DNA of 32,000 nucleotides from Trichlorobacter lovleyi SZ (GTDB lineage Bacteria > Desulfobacterota > Desulfuromonadia > Geobacterales > Pseudopelobacteraceae), in assembly GCF_000020385.1 (NCBI RefSeq), contig NC_010814.1, positions 510,001 to 542,000 of the forward strand, read 5' to 3'. Below are positions 1 through 8,242 of the stretch, one piece after another. The position numbers were made by a program, and so were the translations under genes. Below the pieces are notes generated by a model. That model made no database searches. It worked only from the letters and a program-made list of their open reading frames with translations, and was not told the DNA's origin. Positions within the stretch are counted from its first letter, which is position 1. Every line of letters starts with the position of its first letter.

Positions 1-682
1 TGTCCAGCGTGCCGGTGATTTCTGGCCGACTGCCGCTGGCAAGTCCCATCAGCGTCCAGAGTCGCGCCTGATTTTGGAGCATCGTTTTCGCACTTTCGAT
101 CCTGGCCCCTTCACTCCGCGCCAGTTCAACCTTGACGAGATTCATCTCCAGTTCCGGGATGTCTCCGGCGGACAGGCGTTCTTTGGTTACGTCAAGGAGT
201 TGCCGGTTGAGCGCAATGGAACGGTCAGCCAGCGCAACGCGCTCTTTTGCCAGCAGGGCATCATAGAAGGCGGTCTTCACCTCTTCTCGTAACCGACGCT
301 CCTTATCCAGCAACTGCCAGCGGTAGAGATCCCGTTCCTGTTCGGCAACTGAAAGGCGTTTTCCGCGCTTGCCGACAAGCGGGATCTCTTGTGACAGGCC
401 AAGTGCCAGGCTGTTTTCATTTTTGCTGCCGGTCAGTGCGCCGGTGCCGGCTTCAAGGTCAAGGGTTGGATTCGGCAGCAGACCGGCTCTGGTCACACCG
501 GCGTCGCGGACACCCAGCTCCTCGCGCAACGCCCGCAGCTCGGCATTGTGCTGCATCGAAAGTGCAATGACATGGGACAACGAGAGTGTTGACTCTACCG
601 CCCAGGCCGTGCTGGACAGGGCCATGACGAAAATGACTGTCAACAGGGATAATGCTCCCTGTGCGCGTAGTGTTCTGCTCAA
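1..682 (-). CDS. Outer-membrane efflux protein, TolC/CzcC (OEP) family; 5' part only, gene runs off the window start
   Basis: Absent from the ORF track because it has no stop in the window. My minus-strand translation from TTG at 682-680 (AAAAGGAG 6 nt upstream) gives LSRTLRAQGALSLLTVIFVMALSSTAWA/VESTLSLSHVIALSMQHNAELRALREELGVRDAGVTRAGLLPNPTLDLEAG...ERLSAGDIPELEMNLVKVELARSEG. That is a signal peptide followed by the N-terminal repeat typical of CzcC-type outer membrane factors. The frame stays open to position 1. Confidence 0.75.
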   Translation of the reverse strand, partial: MSRTLRAQGALSLLTVIFVMALSSTAWAVESTLSLSHVIALSMQHNAELRALREELGVRDAGVTRAGLLPNPTLDLEAGTGALTGSKNENSLALGLSQEIPLVGKRGKRLSVAEQERDLYRWQLLDKERRLREEVKTAFYDALLAKERVALADRSIALNRQLLDVTKERLSAGDIPELEMNLVKVELARSEGARIESAKTMLQNQARLWTLMGLASGSRPEITGTLD

Positions 683-802
683 GAGATGTTCTCCTTTTAT
701 TCAGTTGTATGATCGGCTGAACAGCGGTTGTAGGCGTACTACGACGGGAAATGGACGCAGGTGTCCCTGTGGATCAGGGCGAACTGCTCCCTCCGTAGCG
801 TG

Positions 803-1174
803 CTAGGCTTGGTTTTGCGGAGGAATAAACTTGGAGAGGAAAACTTCAGGAAGAAACTGATAGGGCTCGGAAAAGATCAAGTCACGTACAACAGGGCTGT
901 AGTGTAATGCCAGCTGTTGCATGGGAAGAGGGGCGTGGCAGATGCAGTTGACACAGCTATCGCAGCCGTCAGAATCCTTGTGCTCGGACGACGGCGTGCT
1001 GCAGGGACAGTGATCGTTTGCACAGGGAGGATGGTGAATGTATGCCGAGGCGTTCGGTACGGCTGAACATCCCTGAAGGGCATGGGCACTTTCTGCCACG
1101 CCATGCAGGGTAATGGCCAGCATGACCAGAAGCATGAGCTGCGTTAAAAATTTTATGAAAGGTAGTTTGCGCAT
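803..1174 (-). CDS. Small secreted Cys/His-rich protein, paralog 1 of an unrecognised family (C-terminal FIPPQN motif)
   Basis: 123-aa ORF with signal peptide MRKLPFIKFLTQLMLLVMLAITLHGVAES. Cys/His-rich core (HHPPCANDHCPCS, DGCDSCVNCICHAPLP) and C-terminus LPEVFLSKFIPPQNQA. It shares this architecture and both motifs with the ORFs at 5503-5838 and 10565-10921. It sits directly upstream of the czcC-like gene on the same strand. Confidence 0.6.
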   Translation of the reverse strand: MRKLPFIKFLTQLMLLVMLAITLHGVAESAHALQGCSAVPNASAYIHHPPCANDHCPCSTPSSEHKDSDGCDSCVNCICHAPLPMQQLALHYSPVVRDLIFSEPYQFLPEVFLSKFIPPQNQA

Positions 1175-1362
1175 TTAGTCTTAAAAATATAAATTACTAC
1201 GCTATCTGTCAAGAATTATAAAATTAATGTTTAAAGCTGGATGATTACAGTAGATGGAAAGACAATTAAAAACGTTAAAATGGTCTTACCCTTTTGTTGG
1301 CAATTTTGAGGCAGCGCTTGACCGGCACTTTAATCGCCGCTTGCATCATGAGATAAACTTTC

Positions 1363-3711
1363 TCAGTTAAACCCGTTAGTTAGGTAGTATTCCTGGATTC
1401 TGGTGCTTTTCGGCAGTATTGCCTCGGGATCGGTAAACTTGATGATACTGCGTGGTGAGTCATACTGCTCGGTAAAGAGTTTTTTGAAACGTTGTGGCGC
1501 ATAGGTTGTCCGTGCGGTTCCGTATTCAAGCACTGGCCTGTCGTTGCTTAGAAGAGGGGCGTCTGTCGAGATATTTGCCAGAGTTTTCGGCCCCATCAGG
1601 AAGCTTGCAGCCAGCACTTCCGGCAGATTCAAAAAATGCTCCTCGGTGCCGGGGTAGCCGAAGAACAGTTCGGCACGTACCCTGCTGTTCTGCTTCAATA
1701 CCCTGACCCCTTCCGCCCGAATCGCTAAATCTCTGTCGGGGGAACCGATCAGCAACAGTTCGGCATGTTGATTGTACCAGAGGGTGCTGTGGGGGAACAC
1801 TGCCAGAAAGGTTCTGATCACCGACTTGAGCTGGTCTTGGTTGAAGAAGCCGACCGGCAGAAATTGGGCGATGATGCCGTCCTGAGCCAGTTTTTCCCTG
1901 GCGTTGCGATAAAATTCAAGGGTATAGAAGGCCGATGCCTGCGGCCTGAAGATCTGCCCCACCTCAACCGAGATCAGGTCATACCGCCGCTTGCCGTACC
2001 GTGCCACGGTGCGACCGTCTTCGGCAATGAATGAGACCCGTGGATCGTTGAGCCAGCTTCCCTGAAAATGCTTCTTGAGCACCTGCGGAAGGCTGCTTTC
2101 AATATCCACGCAATCCAGGCGGGTGATGTCGTAGTAGAGGAACCTGCTTGGCGCCTGTCCGGCGCCGATCCCAACCACCAGGATCTCCTGTGCAGCCGGG
2201 TGGAGCAGCATCGGAAGGTGGGCCGCCATGATCTGGTGCCCGGTGCCTTTCTTGCCCTGCCACAGACGATCCAACTCCATGGTCAGATCGCCGTTTTTTT
2301 GAACCACAGAGATAAAACTGTTCTTGCCCTCCACGTAATCGACCAGCTTTTTCCCCTTGGCCAGATAACTCTGCGGCAGATGTACGGTTGTTGTGCTGAT
2401 CAGGCACAGCCACGCCGCCAGGCTGACGCACGCAATCAGCCCCCTGACCCGCCAGGGTCTGCCCCGCTCAAAAAAGAGCATGACTAGAATTCCCAACAGC
2501 AGACACAGGCCGGTGGTAACCAGCAGGGTGGCGTGCATGCCCAGCAACGGCAGCAGGATAAAGCCGGTCAACAGCGAACCGGCAACACAGCCCGCTGTGT
2601 TGACAGCAAGCAGCCTCCCCACACGTTTGCCGCTGCTGTAACGTGCCTGCCTGATCAGATCAAACAGCAAAGGAAAGGTGAGACCGGAGCAGAGCGCCGG
2701 AATAAACATCAGCGCCAGACAGATCAGCAGTACCATCACCGGTGATTCGCTTGATCCGGCCCAGTCCCAGGCCGCTGTCGGCAGTAGTAGCGATAGCAGA
2801 ACAAACAGCGAGTTCAGGATGTAGGCCGCAGCCAATGCAGTCGGGTGGCGCAGGGCGGGCCGGTGCAGGCGGGCCAGTATGCTGCCTGCACTTATCCCCA
2901 GCAGGGTTACCAGCAGACTGATGGTATAGGTATAGACCGTGTTGTGGGTGATCAGCGACAGAAAGCGGGTCCAGATGATCTCGTAAGAAAGTGCACAGAA
3001 GCCGGTGCCGAAGATAACGGGATACAGCAGCGCCTGTCCGGTTGAATTAAAGCTCCGGTCAGGAAAGGCTGTAACTGCTGCAGGGATAGCTACGGAATGC
3101 GGATCATATTTCAGCAGGTACAGCAGAAGCAGCCCCGTCCCCTGGGCCATCAGGCCGATCAGCAGCAGCGTGCTGCTGATGCCGAGCATCGGCAGCAAGA
3201 TAAAGCCGCAGAGCAGGCAACCGGCTGCTGCACCGAGGCTGTTCAGGGCATAGAGAAATCCCAGCTCCTTGCCTGCTGTATCGTAAAACTGGGTAAAGAG
3301 CGGTAGTGTTCCCCCCATTAGAAAGGTCGGCGGAATGATGATCAGACCGATCAGCAGCAGACGAGTCAGTGCCAGGGTGCTATCGTTCTGAAAACCGGCT
3401 TGGTAGAGCAGCTGGTACGGCTGTTCAAGCAGGGTCAGCAGGGGCAAGCTGAGCATGGCTCCGGTGCCGATGCCGATCTCAAGCAGTGCGTAGACCCGTA
3501 ACGGTTGTTTCCACCGTTGCACACAGTTGCCGAAATAGTGCGCACCCAGCGCCATTCCGGCAAAGAACAGCGCAACCACGGAACTGACGGCAAAGGCTGT
3601 GGCTCCGAATATCCTGCCGGCTGCCCTGATCCAGCAGATTTCGTAGCAAAGTCCGGTGAACCCGGAGAGGAACAAGAGGCTCAGCAGGAGTAAGCGGAAC
3701 TGTCGTGTCAT
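1363..3711 (-). CDS. Fused polytopic membrane domain / spermidine-synthase-like (class I SAM-fold aminopropyltransferase-like) protein
   Basis: 786-aa ORF. The N-terminal roughly 450 aa are many hydrophobic helices. The C-terminal part has a Rossmann SAM-fold signature (ILVVGIGAGQAPS...DCVDIE...FIAEDGR...YDLISVEV), as in the spermidine synthase family. The ATG at 3711 (MTRQFRLLLL...) is preferred over the TTG at 3723. The gene follows the EamA stop (3720-3722) within 8 nt, or overlaps it by 4 nt if TTG is used. Confidence 0.75.
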   Translation of the reverse strand: MTRQFRLLLLSLLFLSGFTGLCYEICWIRAAGRIFGATAFAVSSVVALFFAGMALGAHYFGNCVQRWKQPLRVYALLEIGIGTGAMLSLPLLTLLEQPYQLLYQAGFQNDSTLALTRLLLIGLIIIPPTFLMGGTLPLFTQFYDTAGKELGFLYALNSLGAAAGCLLCGFILLPMLGISSTLLLIGLMAQGTGLLLLYLLKYDPHSVAIPAAVTAFPDRSFNSTGQALLYPVIFGTGFCALSYEIIWTRFLSLITHNTVYTYTISLLVTLLGISAGSILARLHRPALRHPTALAAAYILNSLFVLLSLLLPTAAWDWAGSSESPVMVLLICLALMFIPALCSGLTFPLLFDLIRQARYSSGKRVGRLLAVNTAGCVAGSLLTGFILLPLLGMHATLLVTTGLCLLLGILVMLFFERGRPWRVRGLIACVSLAAWLCLISTTTVHLPQSYLAKGKKLVDYVEGKNSFISVVQKNGDLTMELDRLWQGKKGTGHQIMAAHLPMLLHPAAQEILVVGIGAGQAPSRFLYYDITRLDCVDIESSLPQVLKKHFQGSWLNDPRVSFIAEDGRTVARYGKRRYDLISVEVGQIFRPQASAFYTLEFYRNAREKLAQDGIIAQFLPVGFFNQDQLKSVIRTFLAVFPHSTLWYNQHAELLLIGSPDRDLAIRAEGVRVLKQNSRVRAELFFGYPGTEEHFLNLPEVLAASFLMGPKTLANISTDAPLLSNDRPVLEYGTARTTYAPQRFKKLFTEQYDSPRSIIKFTDPEAILPKSTRIQEYYLTNGFN

Positions 3712-3719
3712 GCAATGGT

Positions 3720-4763
3720 TCAATGGCTGTGACGGTGATGAATATCCGGCCAGTGCACGTGGGTGTGGGTCAGCGGTTCGTGGCAGTGGTGATGCTCATG
3801 GGGCCCGCTGATATCCCGCTCATCATGGGCATGCCGGTGATGCTTGTCATGGGTGTGTTGGTGGTTGTGCTCCAGAGGATTATGGGTGTGGGGATGACGG
3901 TGCCTTTCACCGTAGAGGAACAGGATCCCTGAAAGCATGATCAGCGCTGCCAACCAGTATGCTTCAGGGGGACGCTCGCCCAGCAGGAGAACCGAAAGCA
4001 GGGTGCCGATGAACGGTCCGGTGGCAAACCAGGTGCTGGTGCGGGCCGCTCCGATCTCGCGCAGCGCATGAATGAACAGCACCAGGCTTACGCCGTAGCT
4101 GAGGGCCCCGATACCCAAAGCCGCTGTCACCTGCAGTGCAGAGCCTGACTCACTGGAGAGCAGACGGGCAAGCAGGATGTTGAACAGCCCGGCGCTCAGA
4201 CCTTTCAGGCAGGCAAGCAGTGTGGCTGGCAAGGACTCCAACTCGCGGGTCAGATTGTTGTCAATTCCCCACAGGCAGCAGGCTGCCAGCACCGCAAGGC
4301 CGGGGAGGGAAAGCGTTGTCCCGCCACTGCCGCTCAGTACAATCAGAACAGAGGCTCCGACGATCAGTAACTTGCCCGCCCAGACCCGCATGCCGACATA
4401 TTCATGGAACACCAGCCAGGCCAACAGCGTTGTTGCCACCGCCTCGAAATTAAGCAGCAACGACACCTCTGTTGCTGAACCGAAACGAATGCCGTACGCC
4501 AGAAAGAGAGGAGCCAGCACTCCCCCGGAGACAATAGCGCCGCCAAGGTGCAGCCACTGGCGGCCGGACAGGGAGTGTAGTGCCGTGAAGACAGGTGTTC
4601 TTTGCCGGAGCACTACGCCGGCCAGTCCCAGGCCTGAACCCAGATAAAGCAGACCGGCCAGCAGCGCGGGCGGCATTTCCCCCGTCATTGCCTTGCAGGC
4701 CACCGGTGATATGCCGAATAGAATTGCCGAGAGCAATGCGGTATGGATGCCCTGTTTACCCAT
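3720..4763 (-). CDS. EamA/DMT-family transporter with a C-terminal poly-histidine tail
   Basis: 347-aa ORF with about ten hydrophobic helices in two EamA-like halves (ILFGISPVACK..., GLLYLGSGLGL...). The last roughly 62 aa (coordinates about 3723-3908) are ERHRHPHTHNPLEHNHQHTHDKHHRHAHDERDISGPHEHHHCHEPLTHTHVHWPDIHHRHSH. Confidence 0.8.
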   Translation of the reverse strand: MGKQGIHTALLSAILFGISPVACKAMTGEMPPALLAGLLYLGSGLGLAGVVLRQRTPVFTALHSLSGRQWLHLGGAIVSGGVLAPLFLAYGIRFGSATEVSLLLNFEAVATTLLAWLVFHEYVGMRVWAGKLLIVGASVLIVLSGSGGTTLSLPGLAVLAACCLWGIDNNLTRELESLPATLLACLKGLSAGLFNILLARLLSSESGSALQVTAALGIGALSYGVSLVLFIHALREIGAARTSTWFATGPFIGTLLSVLLLGERPPEAYWLAALIMLSGILFLYGERHRHPHTHNPLEHNHQHTHDKHHRHAHDERDISGPHEHHHCHEPLTHTHVHWPDIHHRHSH

Positions 4764-5075
4764 GCATGAGTTTTATCACGGCAGTTTGCAAGATAATAGT
4801 TTTCCCTGCCCACGGAACTACTTTTGTCCCGGCGTCACCAATCTTGAGCTCTACCTTAAAGGGATAGCGTTAGTCGGCGTAAGTTTAAGTGACGATGGTG
4901 AATCACAAAACGATTGCCGGGTAGAATTAAACTGGGGCTGCTATTATTTTTGATCGCAGCGTGGGGGGGGACAGCACGGTTTCGGATGATATTTGGGTTA
5001 CTGCACTTGAGTGCATTCTGTAAAATCCTCCGGGAAAGGAAAACCCAAAGAACGTCCAATCATTGGCAGATCTTG

Positions 5076-5195
5076 TCAAGCCTGGAATACGCTGTTGCGG
5101 TCACACGGATGAGTGCCAATAGGGAAGCAGCGTTGCAGTTAATTAAATATCTCCAGACTGATGAAGCCCACAGGGCCTTGCAGGTTTGGGGTTGA
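5076..5195 (+). pseudogene. Possible 3' remnant of a periplasmic solute-binding protein gene (ModA/TupA/FbpA-like C-terminus)
   Basis: The end of ORF 4914-5195 reads LEYAVAVTRMSANREAALQLIKYLQTDEAHRALQVWG*. This resembles the C-terminal 'y-x-vav-k-s-n-xeaA-x-F-x-fL-s-xeaq-x-l-x-x-G' end of family-1 extracellular solute-binding proteins. The upstream part of the ORF looks non-homologous, and there is no signal peptide or full-length gene. Called by eye only. Confidence 0.3.
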
Positions 5196-5450
5196 GAATA
5201 GAGCCGTCTTCAATATAGGGCCTTGCTGACATTTACGTTTTTTTACCCAGACCTGTTTGTCAAGCTGTTTCCAATAGCTCATCGGTTTCCGGTTTGCGCA
5301 AAAGCAACGAGGCACCACTGCGATCGCCAGGGTCACCACAATCACTGCCGCCTCGGCAGATAAGGGCGGCTCCGCTCCCGGGGCAGGGACGGGGATGGCG
5401 CAGATGCATGCAAACAGGTAGAACGCCGGCGCGTATCTGGCAATGCGCAT
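5139..5450 (-). pseudogene. Chimeric/decayed ORF whose 3' part is a frameshifted copy of the terC C-terminal helix and tail
   Basis: 103-aa ORF with a good SD (GAGGAG 7 nt before the ATG at 5450). Residues AAVIVVTLAIAVV are encoded by DNA near-identical to the terC 3' end. A 1-nt deletion (GTGGTTGCC to GTGGTGCC) shifts the frame. In the ancestral frame the sequence would read ASLLLRKPETDELLETA*, the same 17 C-terminal residues as TerC (encoded with several synonymous differences). Confidence 0.45.
5253..5349. repeat. 97-bp copy of the terC 3' end (repeat copy A)
   Basis: ctgtttgtcaagctgtttcca..ctcatcggtttccggttt...ccactgcgatcgccagggtcaccacaatcactgcc aligns base for base with 10947-11044, with a handful of substitutions and one 1-nt indel. 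Confidence 0.85.
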
Positions 5451-5502
5451 GGACGTACTCCTCGTAATGTGATGAAGCTACGGCAAGGGTGTTGCTGCGG
5501 AG

Positions 5503-5838
5503 TCAGGCGTTGGATCGGGGCGGCTTGAACGGGATGCGGGAAAATTCCTTTGGCACCAGGTGGGGGACAACAGCGGTGAACTGTTTGGTCTGGGGTGGAA
5601 CCAGGACTGCAGGCAGCTGTGAGGTAACTGCCTGCAGCTGTGTATGGGTGTCGCAACAGTGGTCACCATCCGGGTTGTGTGTGTCATCATGACAAGGGCT
5701 CGTGCTTGAGGCGCATCCTGACGATATCAGGCAACCGCCGGTCTCATGGGCATCTGCCACCGCCTGGTCGTGTCCGGCGTGCAGGCTGCCGCCCAGCAGG
5801 CAGATGATCATGACTATGACACCACAATAACGAAGCAT
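5503..5838 (-). CDS. Small secreted Cys/His-rich protein, paralog 2 (C-terminal FKPPRSN motif)
   Basis: ATG at 5838 gives MLRYCGVIVMIICLLGGSLHA (signal peptide). The core is His/Cys/Asp-rich (GHDQAVADAHETGGC...SPCHDDTHNPDGDHCCDTHTQ) and the C-terminus is VPKEFSRIPFKPPRSNA. The ORF track start (TTG at 5880) has no SD. It is the last gene after the ABC ATPase. Confidence 0.55.
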   Translation of the reverse strand: MLRYCGVIVMIICLLGGSLHAGHDQAVADAHETGGCLISSGCASSTSPCHDDTHNPDGDHCCDTHTQLQAVTSQLPAVLVPPQTKQFTAVVPHLVPKEFSRIPFKPPRSNA

Positions 5839-5895
5839 GGCTGAGACCTTAGTGTTTGTTGATGTTGGACGTAGTGACAAAACAGGGCTGGCCGG

Positions 5896-6555
5896 TCAGA
5901 GCAGCAGCCCATCCTTCAGGCGGATCGTCCGCTGAGCGTAGTGGCCGTTATCCGGGTTGTGGGTGACCATCACGATGGTCTGGCCCGCCTGGTGCAGCTC
6001 TGTAAAAAGCCCCATGACCTGGTCGCTGGTGGCACTGTCCAAATTGCCGGTCGGCTCATCGGCAAACAGGATTGCCGGACGGTTGACCACGGCCCGCGCG
6101 ATTGCAACCCGTTCCTGTTCCCCACCGGACAGCCGGCCGGGCAGGCGCCCGGTGCAGCCGGCCAGCCCCATCCGTGCCAGAGCGTCATTTGCCAGACGCC
6201 GTTTTTCCGCAGCGGCCATGGCCAGCGGGGCCAGCGGCAGCATGACGTTTTCCTGTGCTGTCAGGTAGGGCACCAGATGAAAGGACTGGAAGATAAAACC
6301 GAAATGCCTTGCGCGAAAATCTGCCAGGCCGTTGTCATCAAGCCTGTAGATGGCCGTGCCGTCCACTTCGACGCTGCCGCTGCCGGGGTGGCACATCCCC
6401 CCCAGAATGGTCAGCAGGGTGCTCTTGCCGGAGCCGGACTGCCCCATGATACAGACAAACTCGCCGGTCTCCACTGTCAGATCGACCCCCCGGAGTGCTG
6501 CTACGGCGCCTTCGCCGGAGGGATACTCTTTGGTTATATGGTGTGCGGTTATCAT
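5896..6555 (-). CDS. ABC transporter ATP-binding protein (MacB/LolD/FtsE-like)
   Basis: Walker A GQSGSGKST, signature LSGGEQERVAIARA, Walker B ILFADEPT, H-loop VTHN. 219 aa, with GGGGAAG upstream of the ATG. Confidence 0.9.
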   Translation of the reverse strand: MITAHHITKEYPSGEGAVAALRGVDLTVETGEFVCIMGQSGSGKSTLLTILGGMCHPGSGSVEVDGTAIYRLDDNGLADFRARHFGFIFQSFHLVPYLTAQENVMLPLAPLAMAAAEKRRLANDALARMGLAGCTGRLPGRLSGGEQERVAIARAVVNRPAILFADEPTGNLDSATSDQVMGLFTELHQAGQTIVMVTHNPDNGHYAQRTIRLKDGLLL

Positions 6556-6645
6556 CGTACTTCCCCAATGCGCGACTGGGCGCCGTAAGTGAATGTAGAG
6601 CGGCAGAAGCGTGACTTCTGAACTGAAGCTGCCCAGCCGCGCCAG

Positions 6646-7806
6646 CTACAGACTACGAAGTGCATCGGCCGGATCCATCCTGCCAGCCCGGCGGGCCGGG
6701 TAGACAGCTGCCAGCAGGCTGACCAGCCCCACGGCAGCAATGGCGGCAAGGGCCACCTGCCACTGCAGCAGCAGGTGCGGGTGACCGGATTGCGCCAGCA
6801 GTGGCAGTGTCACGGCGGCGGCTCCGACCCCCAGCAGGTAGCCTGTCAGGCCTGCCACCAGCCCCACCAGCCCGGCCTCAAGCAGGATAATCCCCATCAC
6901 ATGACCGGTGCGGTAGCCGATGGCCCGGAAGATGCCGATTTCTACCTTACGCTCGTTGACATTGCCCATCATGGTGATGAAGACTACCAGAAGACCGATC
7001 AGGGCGATCACCCCACCCATCCCCAGCGAGAACCGCTTGAGCTGGCCGATGGTCTGCAGACGCCCCTCCACCACCTGTTTGATGGCGCTGACCCTGGCGT
7101 CCGGCAGCACCCCGGCAATCTGCTCCACCATCTCACCAATCGGACAGCCGGAGCAGAGTGCCGCCACTTCGATCAGCGTGATCTTGCCCTGTTTGCCGGT
7201 TATGGCCTGGGCTGCTGCCAACGGTACAAACAGCAGGCCATCATCCTGAGAGCCGGTCTCCTGCAAAAGTGCAGCTACCTTAAACGATCTGCCCCCTACT
7301 GTGAGCCGGTCACCCGGCTTTACCCCCAACACCCGTGCAGCGCTATTACCCAGCAGGGCATCATCAGCAGCCGACGGCTCTGCACCGGTTAACCGCCACC
7401 AGGGTTTCATCCGCAGTTCAGCCGCAAAATCCACCCCCACCAGTAGCAGCTCCCTGCCCTGCACAGTCACCGTTCCCAGCACCTTGGGGGCAACGGCGGC
7501 GATGTTCTGGTGGTTCTTGATGGTGCGGATCCGCTCCAGCACCGATGGGTCAAGCTCTCGCTGGTCAAAGGAGACACGTCCCAGGCTGATGCCGCCGTAG
7601 GAGAGGGCCAGATCATTACTCTTGGGGGTGATCAGGATATTGGCCCCGAACTGGTCCATGGTGTGTTCAATATCAGCAGTCATGGAGTTTGAGAGGGTGA
7701 CCAGCGCCACCACTGCAGCCAGCCCCACTGCCAGCGCCACGGTCAGGAAGAACATCCGGGCAGGCCGGCGGATCAGGTTTTTTAAGGCGATCTGATAGGG
7801 TCTCAT
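6646..7806 (-). CDS. ABC transporter permease, FtsX/MacB-type
   Basis: 386 aa. N-terminal MRPYQIALKNLIRRPARMFFLTVALAVGLAAV (typical FtsX-family start and TM1), a roughly 230-aa extracytoplasmic domain, then three C-terminal TM helices. Overlaps the upstream lipoprotein gene by 4 nt. Confidence 0.85.
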   Translation of the reverse strand: MRPYQIALKNLIRRPARMFFLTVALAVGLAAVVALVTLSNSMTADIEHTMDQFGANILITPKSNDLALSYGGISLGRVSFDQRELDPSVLERIRTIKNHQNIAAVAPKVLGTVTVQGRELLLVGVDFAAELRMKPWWRLTGAEPSAADDALLGNSAARVLGVKPGDRLTVGGRSFKVAALLQETGSQDDGLLFVPLAAAQAITGKQGKITLIEVAALCSGCPIGEMVEQIAGVLPDARVSAIKQVVEGRLQTIGQLKRFSLGMGGVIALIGLLVVFITMMGNVNERKVEIGIFRAIGYRTGHVMGIILLEAGLVGLVAGLTGYLLGVGAAAVTLPLLAQSGHPHLLLQWQVALAAIAAVGLVSLLAAVYPARRAGRMDPADALRSL

Positions 7807-8240
7807 GGGAAGAACCGTGCCCCCTGTTGCAGTTCAGCCACCGGCAGCAGCAGCTGATCACCTGTCACCTGTGACGGCAGGAAGTGGGGGTTGCAGCCTC
7901 CCACTGAAGATGGGCCGATCCGGTCAATCGGGAAGGTCAGATTGCAGTTGCGGCAGAGCATCAGATCCCCCTGCTGCTGATAGCCTTTGCGCTCCTTGTA
8001 GCAGACATCGCAGGCATCCAGCGCGGTCCTGATCCGGCCATCACTCCCTTTGACCGCAAAGAAGCGGATCTCTTTGCCGTCCAGATTAATCCGGTAAAAG
8101 GAGGCTTGCATCGGTTGCAGGTCTGTCAGCGGGATCTTTACTACGCTGCCGTCTGCCTGCACAGACTTGTGCGAACCGCTGCTGCAGGCTGCCAGCATGC
8201 CGACCAGGGCCAGGATAGTCAGAATTAACAGTTTTTTCAT
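7803..8240 (-). CDS. Cys-rich lipoprotein, DUF2318-like (CxxC...CxxC...GGCNP)
   Basis: Lipobox MKKLLILTILALVGMLAAC. Also FYRINLDGKEIRFFAVKGSDGRIRTALDACDVCYKERKGYQQQGDLMLCRNCNLTFPIDRIGPSSVGGCNPHFLP. This CxxC/CxxC/GGCNP pattern is what I remember for DUF2318 ('Fe-S-containing protein') domains that co-occur with FtsX-type ABC systems. Family assignment is from memory, not from a search. Confidence 0.6.
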   Translation of the reverse strand: MKKLLILTILALVGMLAACSSGSHKSVQADGSVVKIPLTDLQPMQASFYRINLDGKEIRFFAVKGSDGRIRTALDACDVCYKERKGYQQQGDLMLCRNCNLTFPIDRIGPSSVGGCNPHFLPSQVTGDQLLLPVAELQQGARFFP

Positions 8241-8242
8241 GG

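Noticed and set aside
247-806. Plus-strand ORFs 74-292, 247-570 and 369-806
   Set aside because: They overlap the minus-strand CzcC-like reading frame, which has a signal peptide, an SD and family-typical sequence. The plus-strand translations are Arg/Ser/Pro-rich noise.
1290-1345. Sigma54-like GGCAC...TTGCA element (ccggcactttaatcgccgcttgca)
   Set aside because: The GG-to-GC spacing is about 18 nt instead of the required 10-nt separation. The orientation (plus strand) also points into the 3' end of a minus-strand gene.
3705-3932. 75-aa plus-strand ORF rich in Met/Val/Gly
   Set aside because: It is the antisense reading of the His-codon-rich (CAC/CAT) tail of the EamA gene, so it is a composition artefact.
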